A stretch of DNA of 64,000 nt from Candidatus Woesebacteria bacterium. GTDB lineage: Bacteria > Patescibacteriota > Microgenomatia > UBA8517. The stretch is taken from NCBI GenBank assembly GCA_013426185.1, contig CP058602.1, forward strand, positions 138,231-202,230, given 5' to 3'. A program made the position numbers and the translations under genes. The notes beneath the pieces are model-generated. The model saw only the letters and a list, made by a program, of their open reading frames with translations. It searched no databases and was not told where the DNA came from. Position 1 is the stretch's first letter. Every line of letters begins with the position of its first letter. Positions 34,799 to 43,366 of the stretch are shown here, piece by piece.

Positions 34799-34870
34799 GC
34801 GGGAGTAGTACAGTGGTAGTACGCTTCCTTGCCAAGGAAGAGGTCGCGGGTTCAAGTCCCGTCTCCCGCT
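34799..34870 (+). tRNA. tRNA-Gly (GCC)
   Basis: Acceptor GCGGGAG/CTCCCGC; anticodon loop TTGCCAA; T-loop TTCAAGT. Confidence 0.85.
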
Positions 34871-34943
34871 CACAAGTCAAATTCGGTTCGTGAGATTGAC
34901 GAAGTCGAGTCAGACTTACCCTTGTGGGTAAATTAGATCTTTC

Positions 34944-35456
34944 TTATTTAACAAAATATCTTTGTTGATTTTTGGGCCCCTTTCTTATCATTGGCCTTTG
35001 ATTACCTTTTTCAAACTCTTGGTAAAATCTTTTCATTGGTCCTTTTTTCGACCAAATTTCATTGATTCCACTTTTGTCGATTACCCAAGCTGAAAATATA
35101 ATTGAGAGAATAAAAATTAAAATTATTACAAGAAAGTTCTTTCGATAGGAGAAATCATATCTTTTAAGAAGTAATACTCCAAGACAAACCATCAATATAG
35201 CAAGAAAAGGAAGCCACCAGGGGAAAATTTGTATTGCCATCTCTATTCTTCCAAATCCAGGTCCATTTTTTCTAATTAGGAAGAAAATAAAATTTGTCAA
35301 AAACATTGCGCTTATACTTGATCCTATTAGCCCAATAGTGGCAAAAAGAGAACCTGCAACAAAGTACCATTTTGGCCTCATTTTTATTTGCCCCTTTTTT
35401 ATCATGGTAACAACTTTTTTTTCAAGATTTTTTTTGTTTTTTATTTTTTTTGACAT
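34944..35456 (-). CDS. Membrane protein, putative anti-sigma factor partner of the upstream ECF sigma
   Basis: Its start overlaps the sigma gene stop by 16 nt. Lys-rich cytoplasmic N-terminus followed by 4 TM helices. Confidence 0.3.
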   Translation of the reverse strand: MSKKIKNKKNLEKKVVTMIKKGQIKMRPKWYFVAGSLFATIGLIGSSISAMFLTNFIFFLIRKNGPGFGRIEMAIQIFPWWLPFLAILMVCLGVLLLKRYDFSYRKNFLVIILIFILSIIFSAWVIDKSGINEIWSKKGPMKRFYQEFEKGNQRPMIRKGPKNQQRYFVK

Positions 35457-35983
35457 ATTTTTTTCATTAAGATTTTAGCACGTCTTATTCTGGTGCCGAT
35501 TGTTGCGACAGGAACCCTTAAAATATCACTTATCTCCTCATAGGATTTTTCTTCAAGATAGTAAAGGGTTATAACTTCTCTATAGTCAACAGGCATCTGT
35601 TTTAGGCAACGGTGAGTTTTTAGTCTCAATTCCTTTTTAATTAGTCCTTCCTCTATATCTATGCCACTGTCAAAATCTAAATTATTTTCAAGCGATATTT
35701 GTTTCTTGTCTTTTTTGATCATATTTATAGTTTCGTTGTGAGCTATGCGATAAATCCAGCTTGAAAATTTTTTGCTTCTATTAAAACCCCTAAGATTAAT
35801 ATAAGCTTTGATAAAGGTTTCCTGTAAAATATCTTCGGTTTTATTATCATCCTGAATCAGGTTAAAAATGTATCTTCTTAATTTATCCTGATAACGTCTA
35901 ATTATTTCAGTGTATATTTCTTTGTTTTTTTCACAGACAAGTCTAACAACTTCTTCATCTTTTAGATTTTTATAAATTTCCAT
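35441..35983 (-). CDS. ECF-subfamily RNA polymerase sigma-70 factor
   Basis: Region 2 (FIKAYINLRGFNRSKKFSSWIYRIAHNETINMIKK) and region 4 HTH (SYEEISDILRVPVATIGTRIRRAKILMKK). Confidence 0.75.
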   Translation of the reverse strand: MEIYKNLKDEEVVRLVCEKNKEIYTEIIRRYQDKLRRYIFNLIQDDNKTEDILQETFIKAYINLRGFNRSKKFSSWIYRIAHNETINMIKKDKKQISLENNLDFDSGIDIEEGLIKKELRLKTHRCLKQMPVDYREVITLYYLEEKSYEEISDILRVPVATIGTRIRRAKILMKKICQKK

Positions 35984-36061
35984 ATCATAATTCTAACAAT
36001 GTATTTGCAAATACCCAATCCCCGACTGGTTAGTCGGGGAATTGGTCTATGGGTTTTGAAA

Positions 36062-36442
36062 TTATTTGTTCCAACCTCTAGCAAAACCCATTTTTATTCC
36101 CGAGCCGTTTTGAAGGCCAAGTCCTAATTCTTGACGAATTTTATTGGCTTCTTCAGTTTTGCCTTCAAGCATAAGCTTGTGCATTTCAGCAAATCGGCTA
36201 AAGTTTTGCTCATTTATTACCTGAGTAGCTCTTCCCCTTCCTTGCATAAGGTTTTTCCAAGCATTGTAATCTTTGTTTTCAAAAGCCTTGGTCATAGCCT
36301 CATGCCTTTCAGGAGAGTAATTAGGACCTTTTACGTTGGGGTCTCCCCTGTAAGCTAAGGTTTTTTGAGCAGTTGTAAAAAATAAGCCTGCTCCCAAAAC
36401 TAAAGCTAGAATTGCTAATATTTTTTTATTCATTTTTCTCAC
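36062..36442 (-). CDS. Small secreted protein of unknown function
   Basis: Signal peptide (MNKKILAILALVLGAGLFFTTAQKTLA), then a 100-aa soluble domain. Confidence 0.3.
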   Translation of the reverse strand: MRKMNKKILAILALVLGAGLFFTTAQKTLAYRGDPNVKGPNYSPERHEAMTKAFENKDYNAWKNLMQGRGRATQVINEQNFSRFAEMHKLMLEGKTEEANKIRQELGLGLQNGSGIKMGFARGWNK

Positions 36443-36506
36443 CCCCTTTCTACTTCTAATACAAATAAGTCTTCATTTTTATTTCAACCAAATTAATTGC
36501 CGTTTT

Positions 36507-37937
36507 TTGCTAGAATTACTTGTATATTCTTATATCAACTTTATATTTGGAAAAATGTTTAATCTCTTGAACAAAGCGAAAATTTTGTTTATTGTTGTTT
36601 TTCTTTTTCTTTTGACTTCCAGTAATTCTTATGCTGTTAATAACAAATTTGGAATTCATATCTTGGAGCCTTCTGATATTGATAAGGCAGCTTCTTTAGT
36701 TAACTCCTCAGGTGGTGATTGGGGTTATGTGACAGTGGTCATAAGGGATGATGATCTTGATTTCGCCAAGTGGCAGAATTTTATGGATCAATGTCGGGAA
36801 AAACACCTTGTCCCTTTAGTTCGAATTGCTACTCATCAGGAAAAGGAAAACTGGGCAAAACCAGTTCCTGCTGATAGTTTAAAGTGGGCCGAATTTTTAA
36901 ATAACCTTAACTGGCCGGTAAAAGACAGGTATGTAATTATCTTTAATGAGCCAAATCAAGCTAGAGAATGGGGTGGTGAGATTAAACCTGATGAATACGC
37001 GCAGGTTTTAAGTGCATTTGCTGATGAATTCAAAAAGAAAAACCCCGATTTTAAAATATTAAATGCTGGTTTTGATCTTTCAGCCAGTAACACCAGGTCA
37101 ACAATGGATGTTTTTCGCTTTTGGCAGAAAATGGAAAAAGAAGTGCCTGGAATCTTTAATAAATTAGATGCTTGGGCTTCTCATTCATACCCTCTTCAAG
37201 AGAAAAAATTTACAAGTTCTGGGAGATTCTCTATCCGCGGCTACGAATGGGAGCTTGCTATTCTTAAGAAAAATTTTGGATTAAAACACGATTTGCCTGT
37301 TTTTATAACAGAAACAGGTTTTAAAGGTTCTCAATTTTCTGAGCAAATAAAATTGGCCTTTGAGAATTTTTGGTTAAAAGATGGTCGTGTAATTGCTGTT
37401 ACCCCATTTGTTCTAAATTATCCCTATCCTCCTTTTTCTGAGTTCTCGTGGCTTGATAAAGATGGCAATCCTTACTCTCAATATGAATTAATTAGAAATG
37501 TTCCCAAAATAAGTTGGTGGCCAAAGCAGGAGGAAAAATATATTTTAGAAGAACCCATACTCCCTCCTTTTATGTTAACAGAAAGTAGTTTTAAAGGGAA
37601 AATTCCAGTTAAAAATGTTGGCCAGTCTATTTTGGGAGAAAGAGAGAAATTTGTTTTGAACCCAAGAGGAATAGATAACGGGATTGAGGTCACACAAGCA
37701 ATTCTTTCTGGTTTACTGAAACCTGAAGAAGAAGGTTTTCTAGATTTTGAAATTAAGACCTCTACTTATTCTGGAGAATTTTCCCTTGGTTGGGATAAAA
37801 CTAGTAATTTTAAAGTTAAAGTTTTTGCTTCGTCTTTAGTTAAAAAGGTTGAACTTTCAATCTGGGAGAAGATTATTTTGAAGTTAAAGTATTATCTTCG
37901 CGGTTCTTTTAACTTTGCAAAAAGGGTTTTTAAATAA
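36507..37937 (+). CDS. Secreted glycoside hydrolase, clan GH-A (GH5-like TIM barrel) with a C-terminal beta-rich domain
   Basis: Signal peptide. VIIFNEPN is the NEP acid/base motif of GH5-type enzymes. A downstream ITETGF-like nucleophile region (FITETGF) is present. Confidence 0.5.
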   Translation: MLELLVYSYINFIFGKMFNLLNKAKILFIVVFLFLLTSSNSYAVNNKFGIHILEPSDIDKAASLVNSSGGDWGYVTVVIRDDDLDFAKWQNFMDQCREKHLVPLVRIATHQEKENWAKPVPADSLKWAEFLNNLNWPVKDRYVIIFNEPNQAREWGGEIKPDEYAQVLSAFADEFKKKNPDFKILNAGFDLSASNTRSTMDVFRFWQKMEKEVPGIFNKLDAWASHSYPLQEKKFTSSGRFSIRGYEWELAILKKNFGLKHDLPVFITETGFKGSQFSEQIKLAFENFWLKDGRVIAVTPFVLNYPYPPFSEFSWLDKDGNPYSQYELIRNVPKISWWPKQEEKYILEEPILPPFMLTESSFKGKIPVKNVGQSILGEREKFVLNPRGIDNGIEVTQAILSGLLKPEEEGFLDFEIKTSTYSGEFSLGWDKTSNFKVKVFASSLVKKVELSIWEKIILKLKYYLRGSFNFAKRVFK

Positions 37938-39018
37938 ATCTGATCTGCATTCCCTCTTCTACTTTTGTCTCAAGTGAAACTTTTTGTCCCGGAAATTTTG
38001 CACCATTTCCCCAAATAATTGCGGCAGTTATATTTTTGGCAAATTCTTCGCTTATTTTGTAAGCTACATCAAGAAGTGAGATTCCTCTTTTTACCACCAT
38101 AGGATTATCGTTTGAAGGTTTTGCGTCTGATTTTACAAGGTAAATATTAATAAGCTCAAGTTTTTCCCATATTTTCTCAAGTAATCTTTCAAGCCCCATT
38201 TTCTCTTTAGCGCTTATCAAAATAGGATTTTCTTCACTTCCCTCTTGTTTCTCATAGCTCATATTTTGCATAAGATCTGCTTTATTGGTAACAAAGATAG
38301 CAGGTAAATAGACTCTATTTCGCGAGAGGCTGTCAATTAAATCCTCCACTTTTATTTTTTGTTTAATTTTAACTTCAGCGTTTTTGATACCCATTTCCTG
38401 AATAATACTTTTGATGGTTTCTTTGTCTAGATCTTGCCTAATATTTGAGAAGATCTTTATTCCGCCATCTAATTTCTTTTCTATTTTAATTTCAGGTTTT
38501 TCTTTATTGATTCTTATCCCGTTTTTTTCAAGAACTTTGGCTATTCTTGAAAAAGCATCAAATTTACTCGGTTCTGTAATAATAAGTAGAAGATTGCAAC
38601 CGCGAATAACAGAAAGAACTTCTTTTCCTCTTCCCTTTCCTTCTTCCGCGCCTTCAATTAGCCCAGGAACATCCAAAATCTGGATTCTAGCGTTTTTATA
38701 TTCCATCATTCCGGGAATAACAGAAACAGTGGTGAAAGCATAAGGGGCGATCTTTGAATTGGCGTTAGTTAACTGGTTAATTAAGGTTGATTTTCCAACC
38801 GAAGGAGGACCCACTAAAACTATAGTAGCATCACCTTGTTTTTTGACAGCGTAACCCGCTCCACCTCCTGATTTTCTGCTTTCAACTTCAAGCATCTTGT
38901 CTTTGAGCCTAGCTATTCTTGCTCTTAAAAGACCTATGTGGTGCTCGGTGCCTTTATGATAAGGGGTTTCTCTGATTTCTTTTTCTATTGCCTCTATTTG
39001 TTCGCTTAAATCAGCCAT
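37930..39018 (-). CDS. DRG-family (developmentally regulated GTP-binding protein / Rbg1-like, COG1163) GTPase with a C-terminal TGS domain
   Basis: DRG-specific N-terminal helix YHKGTEHHIGLLRARIARLKDK; G1 GPPSVGKST; G3 DVPGLIEGA; C-terminal TGS-like domain. Confidence 0.65.
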   Translation of the reverse strand: MADLSEQIEAIEKEIRETPYHKGTEHHIGLLRARIARLKDKMLEVESRKSGGGAGYAVKKQGDATIVLVGPPSVGKSTLINQLTNANSKIAPYAFTTVSVIPGMMEYKNARIQILDVPGLIEGAEEGKGRGKEVLSVIRGCNLLLIITEPSKFDAFSRIAKVLEKNGIRINKEKPEIKIEKKLDGGIKIFSNIRQDLDKETIKSIIQEMGIKNAEVKIKQKIKVEDLIDSLSRNRVYLPAIFVTNKADLMQNMSYEKQEGSEENPILISAKEKMGLERLLEKIWEKLELINIYLVKSDAKPSNDNPMVVKRGISLLDVAYKISEEFAKNITAAIIWGNGAKFPGQKVSLETKVEEGMQIRFI

Positions 39019-39063
39019 TTAAGGTATAATTATAAGCTAATAAGGGTTTAATTTAAAACTCAA

Positions 39064-39135
39064 GCGTCCATAGCTCAACGGATAGAGCATCTGTCTTCGG
39101 AACAGAGGATGGGGGTTCGATTCCCTCTGGACGCA
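39064..39135 (+). tRNA. tRNA-Arg (TCG)
   Basis: Acceptor GCGTCCA/TGGACGC; anticodon loop CTTCGGA; T-loop TTCGATT. Confidence 0.8.
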
Positions 39136-39203
39136 CTTTTATTTTTTTGTCTATCTTCTTCTTGACAACCCTTCTTTCTTGTTTTAATTTAGCAAAAGAA
39201 TAA

Positions 39204-40910
39204 ATGAAGTTTATTATTGTTTCAGGTGGAGTTTTGTCAGGATTGGGGAAAGGAGTTACTTCAGCCTCAATAGGGCTTCTTCTCAAAGCTTCAGGATATA
39301 AAGTTACCATTATGAAGTGCGATATGTACTTAAATATTGATGCCGGGACAATGAATCCTATTGAGCATGGTGAAGTTTTTGTAACTCACGATGGATTGGA
39401 AACAGACCAGGATTTGGGGCATTATGAACGCTTTTTAGATGAGACGCTCTTAAGAGAAAATTATCTGACTAGCGGCCAAGTTTATAAATTAGTTTTAGAT
39501 AAGGAGCGAGCCCTTTTTTATGATGGAGCTTGTGTCCAACCTTATCATCACATTCCACCCGAAATAATGAAACGCTTTTTTGAGGCAGGGAAAAAGCATA
39601 ATGCTGATATTGTGATCGTTGAGCTTGGCGGAACGGTGGGAGAATACGAAGGGCTTTTGTTTTTCGAGGCCTCTCGTAGGCTTAGATTAAAATATCCAAA
39701 AGATGTTTGTTTTGTCCATGTTGGCTATCTTCCTGCTCCTCCATCAATTGGTGAGCTAAAGTCAAAGCCGATCCAGCAATCAATCTCTCAGTTGCATTCC
39801 CTTGGTATCCAACCTGATTTTGTAGTTTGCCGAGCAGAAAAGGATGTTGATTTAAAAAGGAAAGAGAAAATTGCTCTTTCATCAGGTGTACCTTTGGAGA
39901 ATATAATTTCCAATCCTGATATTAAAAATATATATGAGATTCCACTTTTATTTCATAAGCAAAAATTAGACAAAAAGATTGTCAAACAATTGGGATTAAA
40001 GAGAAAAACTATAGCGTCTCAAATTCTCAGAAATTGGAAAAATGTAGTTACCAAGAAGGCTAAAAAAGAAGTAGAAATAGGTATAGTTGGAAAATATCAG
40101 AAAACTGGAGATTATCTTTTGTCTGACTCTTATGTTTGCGTTGTTGAATCTTTAAAGCATGCGGGGTTTAAATTAGGACTTAAGCCTAATATAAAGTGGA
40201 TTGATTCTTCATCTTTGGAAAAAATGGATAAAGAAGAGTTTGCAAGGAGTTTATCTTCGCTTGATGGAATGATAGTTCCTCAAGGTTGGGGTTCTCGCGG
40301 AGTTGAGGGCAAAATAAAAGCGGCTTCTTTTGCAAGAGAAAAGAAGCTCCCCTATTTAGGCCTTTGTTTTGGGATGCAAATGGCTGTTATTGAATTTGCT
40401 AGAAATGTCTTAAATTTTAAGGATGCAAATAGTGAGGAGGTAAATCCTAACACTCCTTATCCTGTGATACACATTATGCCCAATCAAAAAAAATATCTTG
40501 CTGAAAAGCAATATGGCGGGACAATTAGGCTTGGAGCTTGGCATTGTTTGATAAACTCAAGGACTAAACTTGAAGAATCTTATCAAAAATATGGCAGTGA
40601 TAGGAAAAGTCCTTGGTTTTACCCCAATCCTTTGCAGAAAAAACTTAGTATGATAAGTAACAATAGACTTTTGATCTATGAGAGACACCGTCATCGTTAT
40701 GAGTTTAATTTGAATTATAGAAAGAAGTTTGAGAAAGCAGGTCTTGTTGTTTCGGGTATCTCGCCTGATGGTAAATTGGTTGAGGCAATAGAAATCAAGG
40801 ACCATCCATTTTTTGTAGGGGTTCAGTTTCATCCTGAGTATTTGAGCCGGCCTTTATATCCTCATCCCCTTTTTGTTTCTTTTCTTGAAGCAGCAAGTAG
40901 GAAAGATTGA
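39204..40910 (+). CDS. pyrG: CTP synthase
   Basis: N-terminus MKFIIVSGGVLSGLGKG; glutamine amidotransferase C-domain with GLCFGMQ catalytic Cys and a HPE motif. Confidence 0.9.
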   Translation: MKFIIVSGGVLSGLGKGVTSASIGLLLKASGYKVTIMKCDMYLNIDAGTMNPIEHGEVFVTHDGLETDQDLGHYERFLDETLLRENYLTSGQVYKLVLDKERALFYDGACVQPYHHIPPEIMKRFFEAGKKHNADIVIVELGGTVGEYEGLLFFEASRRLRLKYPKDVCFVHVGYLPAPPSIGELKSKPIQQSISQLHSLGIQPDFVVCRAEKDVDLKRKEKIALSSGVPLENIISNPDIKNIYEIPLLFHKQKLDKKIVKQLGLKRKTIASQILRNWKNVVTKKAKKEVEIGIVGKYQKTGDYLLSDSYVCVVESLKHAGFKLGLKPNIKWIDSSSLEKMDKEEFARSLSSLDGMIVPQGWGSRGVEGKIKAASFAREKKLPYLGLCFGMQMAVIEFARNVLNFKDANSEEVNPNTPYPVIHIMPNQKKYLAEKQYGGTIRLGAWHCLINSRTKLEESYQKYGSDRKSPWFYPNPLQKKLSMISNNRLLIYERHRHRYEFNLNYRKKFEKAGLVVSGISPDGKLVEAIEIKDHPFFVGVQFHPEYLSRPLYPHPLFVSFLEAASRKD

Positions 40911-40944
40911 GTATAATAAATATTCTTTGGTATAATTAGACCAA

Positions 40945-41015
40945 GCGGGCATAGTTGAAAGGCTCAACAACTCCCTTCCAAGGAGTAGATCGGAGTTCGA
41001 TTCTCCGTGCCCGCT
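40945..41015 (+). tRNA. tRNA-Gly (TCC)
   Basis: Acceptor GCGGGCA/TGCCCGC; anticodon loop CTTCCAA; T-loop TTCGATT. Confidence 0.8.
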
Positions 41016-41449
41016 CATAAGTCAAATCCAGCGAAGGCAAAATTTTACATATTGGGATCTACTTTCTTGTGTACCCTTTTCCTCCCATACTTCTACTTCT
41101 TCTTTCGCAAGGATCTCCATAAAATTGCCAGAGGAGTGCTAAAGCAAAATCTCCACCTTGAAAACCTTGAAGCCTAATTGTTCCGTATCTTTTTAGGGTT
41201 TTTCGTAAGTTGGAAATTCTACTCGTTCTTTACCAAATCATGCCTAATCATATATAGGCCTGATGAAGGATTCCTTTAAATTTGAAGACCAATTTAAACA
41301 TTTGTTTCTAGGTAATCAGAAAGATTAGGCCATTTTTGCTTACCAGGGAAAAGCTTGTGAATTTCATTGATAGTAACTGGTTGCAGTTCTCTTTCACTTT
41401 GCCCTTCCCCAAACATAAAAATATTATAACAGTACAATGTATCTCTAAA

Positions 41450-41650
41450 CTATTTTGATAGTTTTAATTCTTTTATATCAACTGCTACTGATTTGCCGCA
41501 TTTTGTACAGATAGCACTTACAAGAACTCCATTTTGATTTATTTCAGTTACTTTCCCTCTTGAACCAGCTGCTGGATACAGATGCTCTAGGATTGGCACA
41601 ATGTCTCCTATCTTAAATTCTTTTGTTCTCTTAAGATTTCTTTCTGTCAC
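41450..41650 (-). CDS. Hypothetical 66-aa protein
   Basis: ORF only. CTKCGK plus an upstream hydrophobic beta-like segment. No recognisable family. Confidence 0.2.
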   Translation of the reverse strand: MTERNLKRTKEFKIGDIVPILEHLYPAAGSRGKVTEINQNGVLVSAICTKCGKSVAVDIKELKLSK

Positions 41651-41694
41651 AAGATGAACTGGAAGTGCAGGCTTTATTCTTTACAAACTTTATG

Positions 41695-41768
41695 TCGGGG
41701 TGGACGGACTCGAACCGTCGACCTCACGCTCCCAAAGCGCGCACTCTAGCCAACTGAGCTACACCCCG
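41695..41768 (-). tRNA. tRNA-Pro (TGG)
   Basis: Acceptor CGGGGTG/CACCCCG; anticodon loop TTTGGGA; T-loop TTCGAGT. Confidence 0.85.
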
Positions 41769-41861
41769 TTCTTCAGAGAAGAACTACTTTCTCCAGAGAA
41801 GAACTACTCTCTCCAGAGGAGAATGATTTTCTCCAAGAGATAATTTCTCTCCTCAGCGATT

Positions 41862-42125
41862 TTATTTTAATTGATTTTGGTATTTTAATATCAATCTTCG
41901 AAACTTATAACCAAACCCTGATTTCAAAAACTTTTCTCTTTTCTCAGCGCACAGCTTACAACAGAACCTTTCGTCATATATCAACTTCCAAGGTATATAA
42001 GCTTTTGTATATCGAGATAGCCCTTTGTTGTGTTCTTTTATCCTTACCTCGAGATCCTTAATCGTCAACCCGACATATGTTTTGCCCTTTTTTCTCAAGC
42101 TCTCGAGTATGTAAACACTATACAT
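41862..42125 (-). CDS. GIY-YIG nuclease family small protein (second copy)
   Basis: N-terminus MYSVYILESLRKKGKTYVGLTIKDLEVRIKEHN contains the GIY..YVG motifs. Confidence 0.55.
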   Translation of the reverse strand: MYSVYILESLRKKGKTYVGLTIKDLEVRIKEHNKGLSRYTKAYIPWKLIYDERFCCKLCAEKREKFLKSGFGYKFRRLILKYQNQLK

Positions 42126-42172
42126 TCGACAATTTCAATTCTTGCCTAGCAGAAAATTCTGCTCTGCAGAAG

Positions 42173-42256
42173 TGCCGAGAGAGGGACTCGAACCCTCACG
42201 GTCCTTCGGACCACAGGATTTTAAGTCCTGCGTGTATACCATTCCACCATCTCGGC
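42173..42256 (-). tRNA. tRNA-Leu (TAA), type II
   Basis: Acceptor GCCGAGA/TCTCGGC; anticodon loop CTTAAAA; variable arm TGGTCCGAAGGACCGTG; T-loop TTCGAGT. Confidence 0.85.
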
Positions 42257-42349
42257 CTGAAATCTAACTTATTTTAAAACAGCTTTATTCCTGCTTCGCA
42301 GGAAAGGATTTGTCGCTTCGCTCTTGCTCACTTTCACTTACGTTCGCAC

Positions 42350-42449
42350 AAGTCCTGCGTGTATACCATTCCACCATCTCGGCCTGAAATCTAACTTATT
42401 TTAAAACAGCTTTATTCCTGCTTCGCAGGAAAGGATTTGTCGCTTCGCT
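42350..42449 (-). repeat. Tandem direct duplication (about 100 bp, near-identical) of the tRNA-Leu(TAA) 5' 34 nt plus 66 bp of upstream sequence. The original is at 42223-42322.
   Basis: Two copies of CAAGTCCTGCGTGTATACCATTCCACCATCTCGGCCTGAAATCTAACTTATTTTAAAACAGCTTTATTCCTGCTTCGCAGGAAAGGATTTGTCGCTTCGCT separated by 27 bp. Confidence 0.8.
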
Positions 42450-42571
42450 TATATTTACTTTAATTACTTTTACCTAATTTGGCACTCAACTTTTTCAACA
42501 CAACTTTTTCCAAACAACTAGCACAACTATTTTATCAAAATATGATTACAACTGCCAACTTTTGGAGAAAT

Positions 42572-43246
42572 CTACTTCTTAGTTTTTCCTACTATGATTT
42601 TAATATCGTAAGCGGAATTTGTCTCAAGGTTTTCCTTTTTAAGACTATAGCTTGCAAGACTTTGACTTATTTTTTCATAAACAGAATCAGGCAGACCTTC
42701 TTTCAAGAAAACTGAAGTGTCTTGATAATTATATGAATCAGCGTTGCCAGTTTCTGTCTTCTCAAATCCTGCTTTTTTGAGCAATTCTTCCACCTTTCCC
42801 GCTTCACCTTTAATGCCTGAGCCGTTGAGTATTAAGACCTTGAGATCAGAAAGTTTAACTTCTTCAGGTTGAGGAGTCGGGGTTTCTTTTAGTTCAGGTG
42901 AGAGTTGTGGTGTCTCTTTAGTTGTCCCAAGAGATATTTTTTCAACTTTGAGCTTGTAATAAAAAATTCCCCCTATTAAACCAGCCCCCAAGGTTAAGCC
43001 TAAGAGGAAAACTAAAAATAAAACCCAAAATGGAGTTTTTTGCTGATAGGTTTTTTCTTTAACTTCCTGCTTGGGAGAATTTTGATCCGGTTTGGCCTCG
43101 CTTGTTGTTGAATTTTCTTCAAGATTTTTCTCTTCGGATGATTTTTGCTCTTCTTCCTTAACAACCTCGACTTTAATCTTCTTTTCAACTTTGGCAGGAT
43201 CTTCCATAACTATTTCATTGTGCAACAAATAGGGTGCAAATGTCAA
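42572..43246 (-). CDS. LytR_C (cell-envelope-related transcriptional attenuator C-terminal) domain protein with one TM helix
   Basis: LKVLILNGSGIKGEAGKVEELLKKAGF matches the LytR_C core. A low-complexity Pro/Glu linker lies after the TM. Confidence 0.5.
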   Translation of the reverse strand: MTFAPYLLHNEIVMEDPAKVEKKIKVEVVKEEEQKSSEEKNLEENSTTSEAKPDQNSPKQEVKEKTYQQKTPFWVLFLVFLLGLTLGAGLIGGIFYYKLKVEKISLGTTKETPQLSPELKETPTPQPEEVKLSDLKVLILNGSGIKGEAGKVEELLKKAGFEKTETGNADSYNYQDTSVFLKEGLPDSVYEKISQSLASYSLKKENLETNSAYDIKIIVGKTKK

Positions 43247-43289
43247 CAGTTGGATTTAGTTTTCCCTATTTGCTAAAATTAAACTACTT

Positions 43290-43366
43290 GGTGGCTGTAG
43301 CTCAACGGTTAGAGCACTTGCCTGTGGAGCAAGGGGTTGGCGGTTCAAATCCGCTCAGCCACCCCA
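43290..43366 (+). tRNA. tRNA-His (GTG) with an encoded G-1 and an encoded 3' CCA
   Basis: G-1 plus GTGGCTG/CAGCCAC; anticodon loop CTGTGGA; discriminator C followed by CCA. Confidence 0.8.

Noticed and set aside
39053-39310. ORF-track CDS 39053-39310 (-), 85 aa
   Set aside because: It is antisense across tRNA-Arg(TCG) and the 5' end of pyrG. The spurious frame is kept open by the tRNA.
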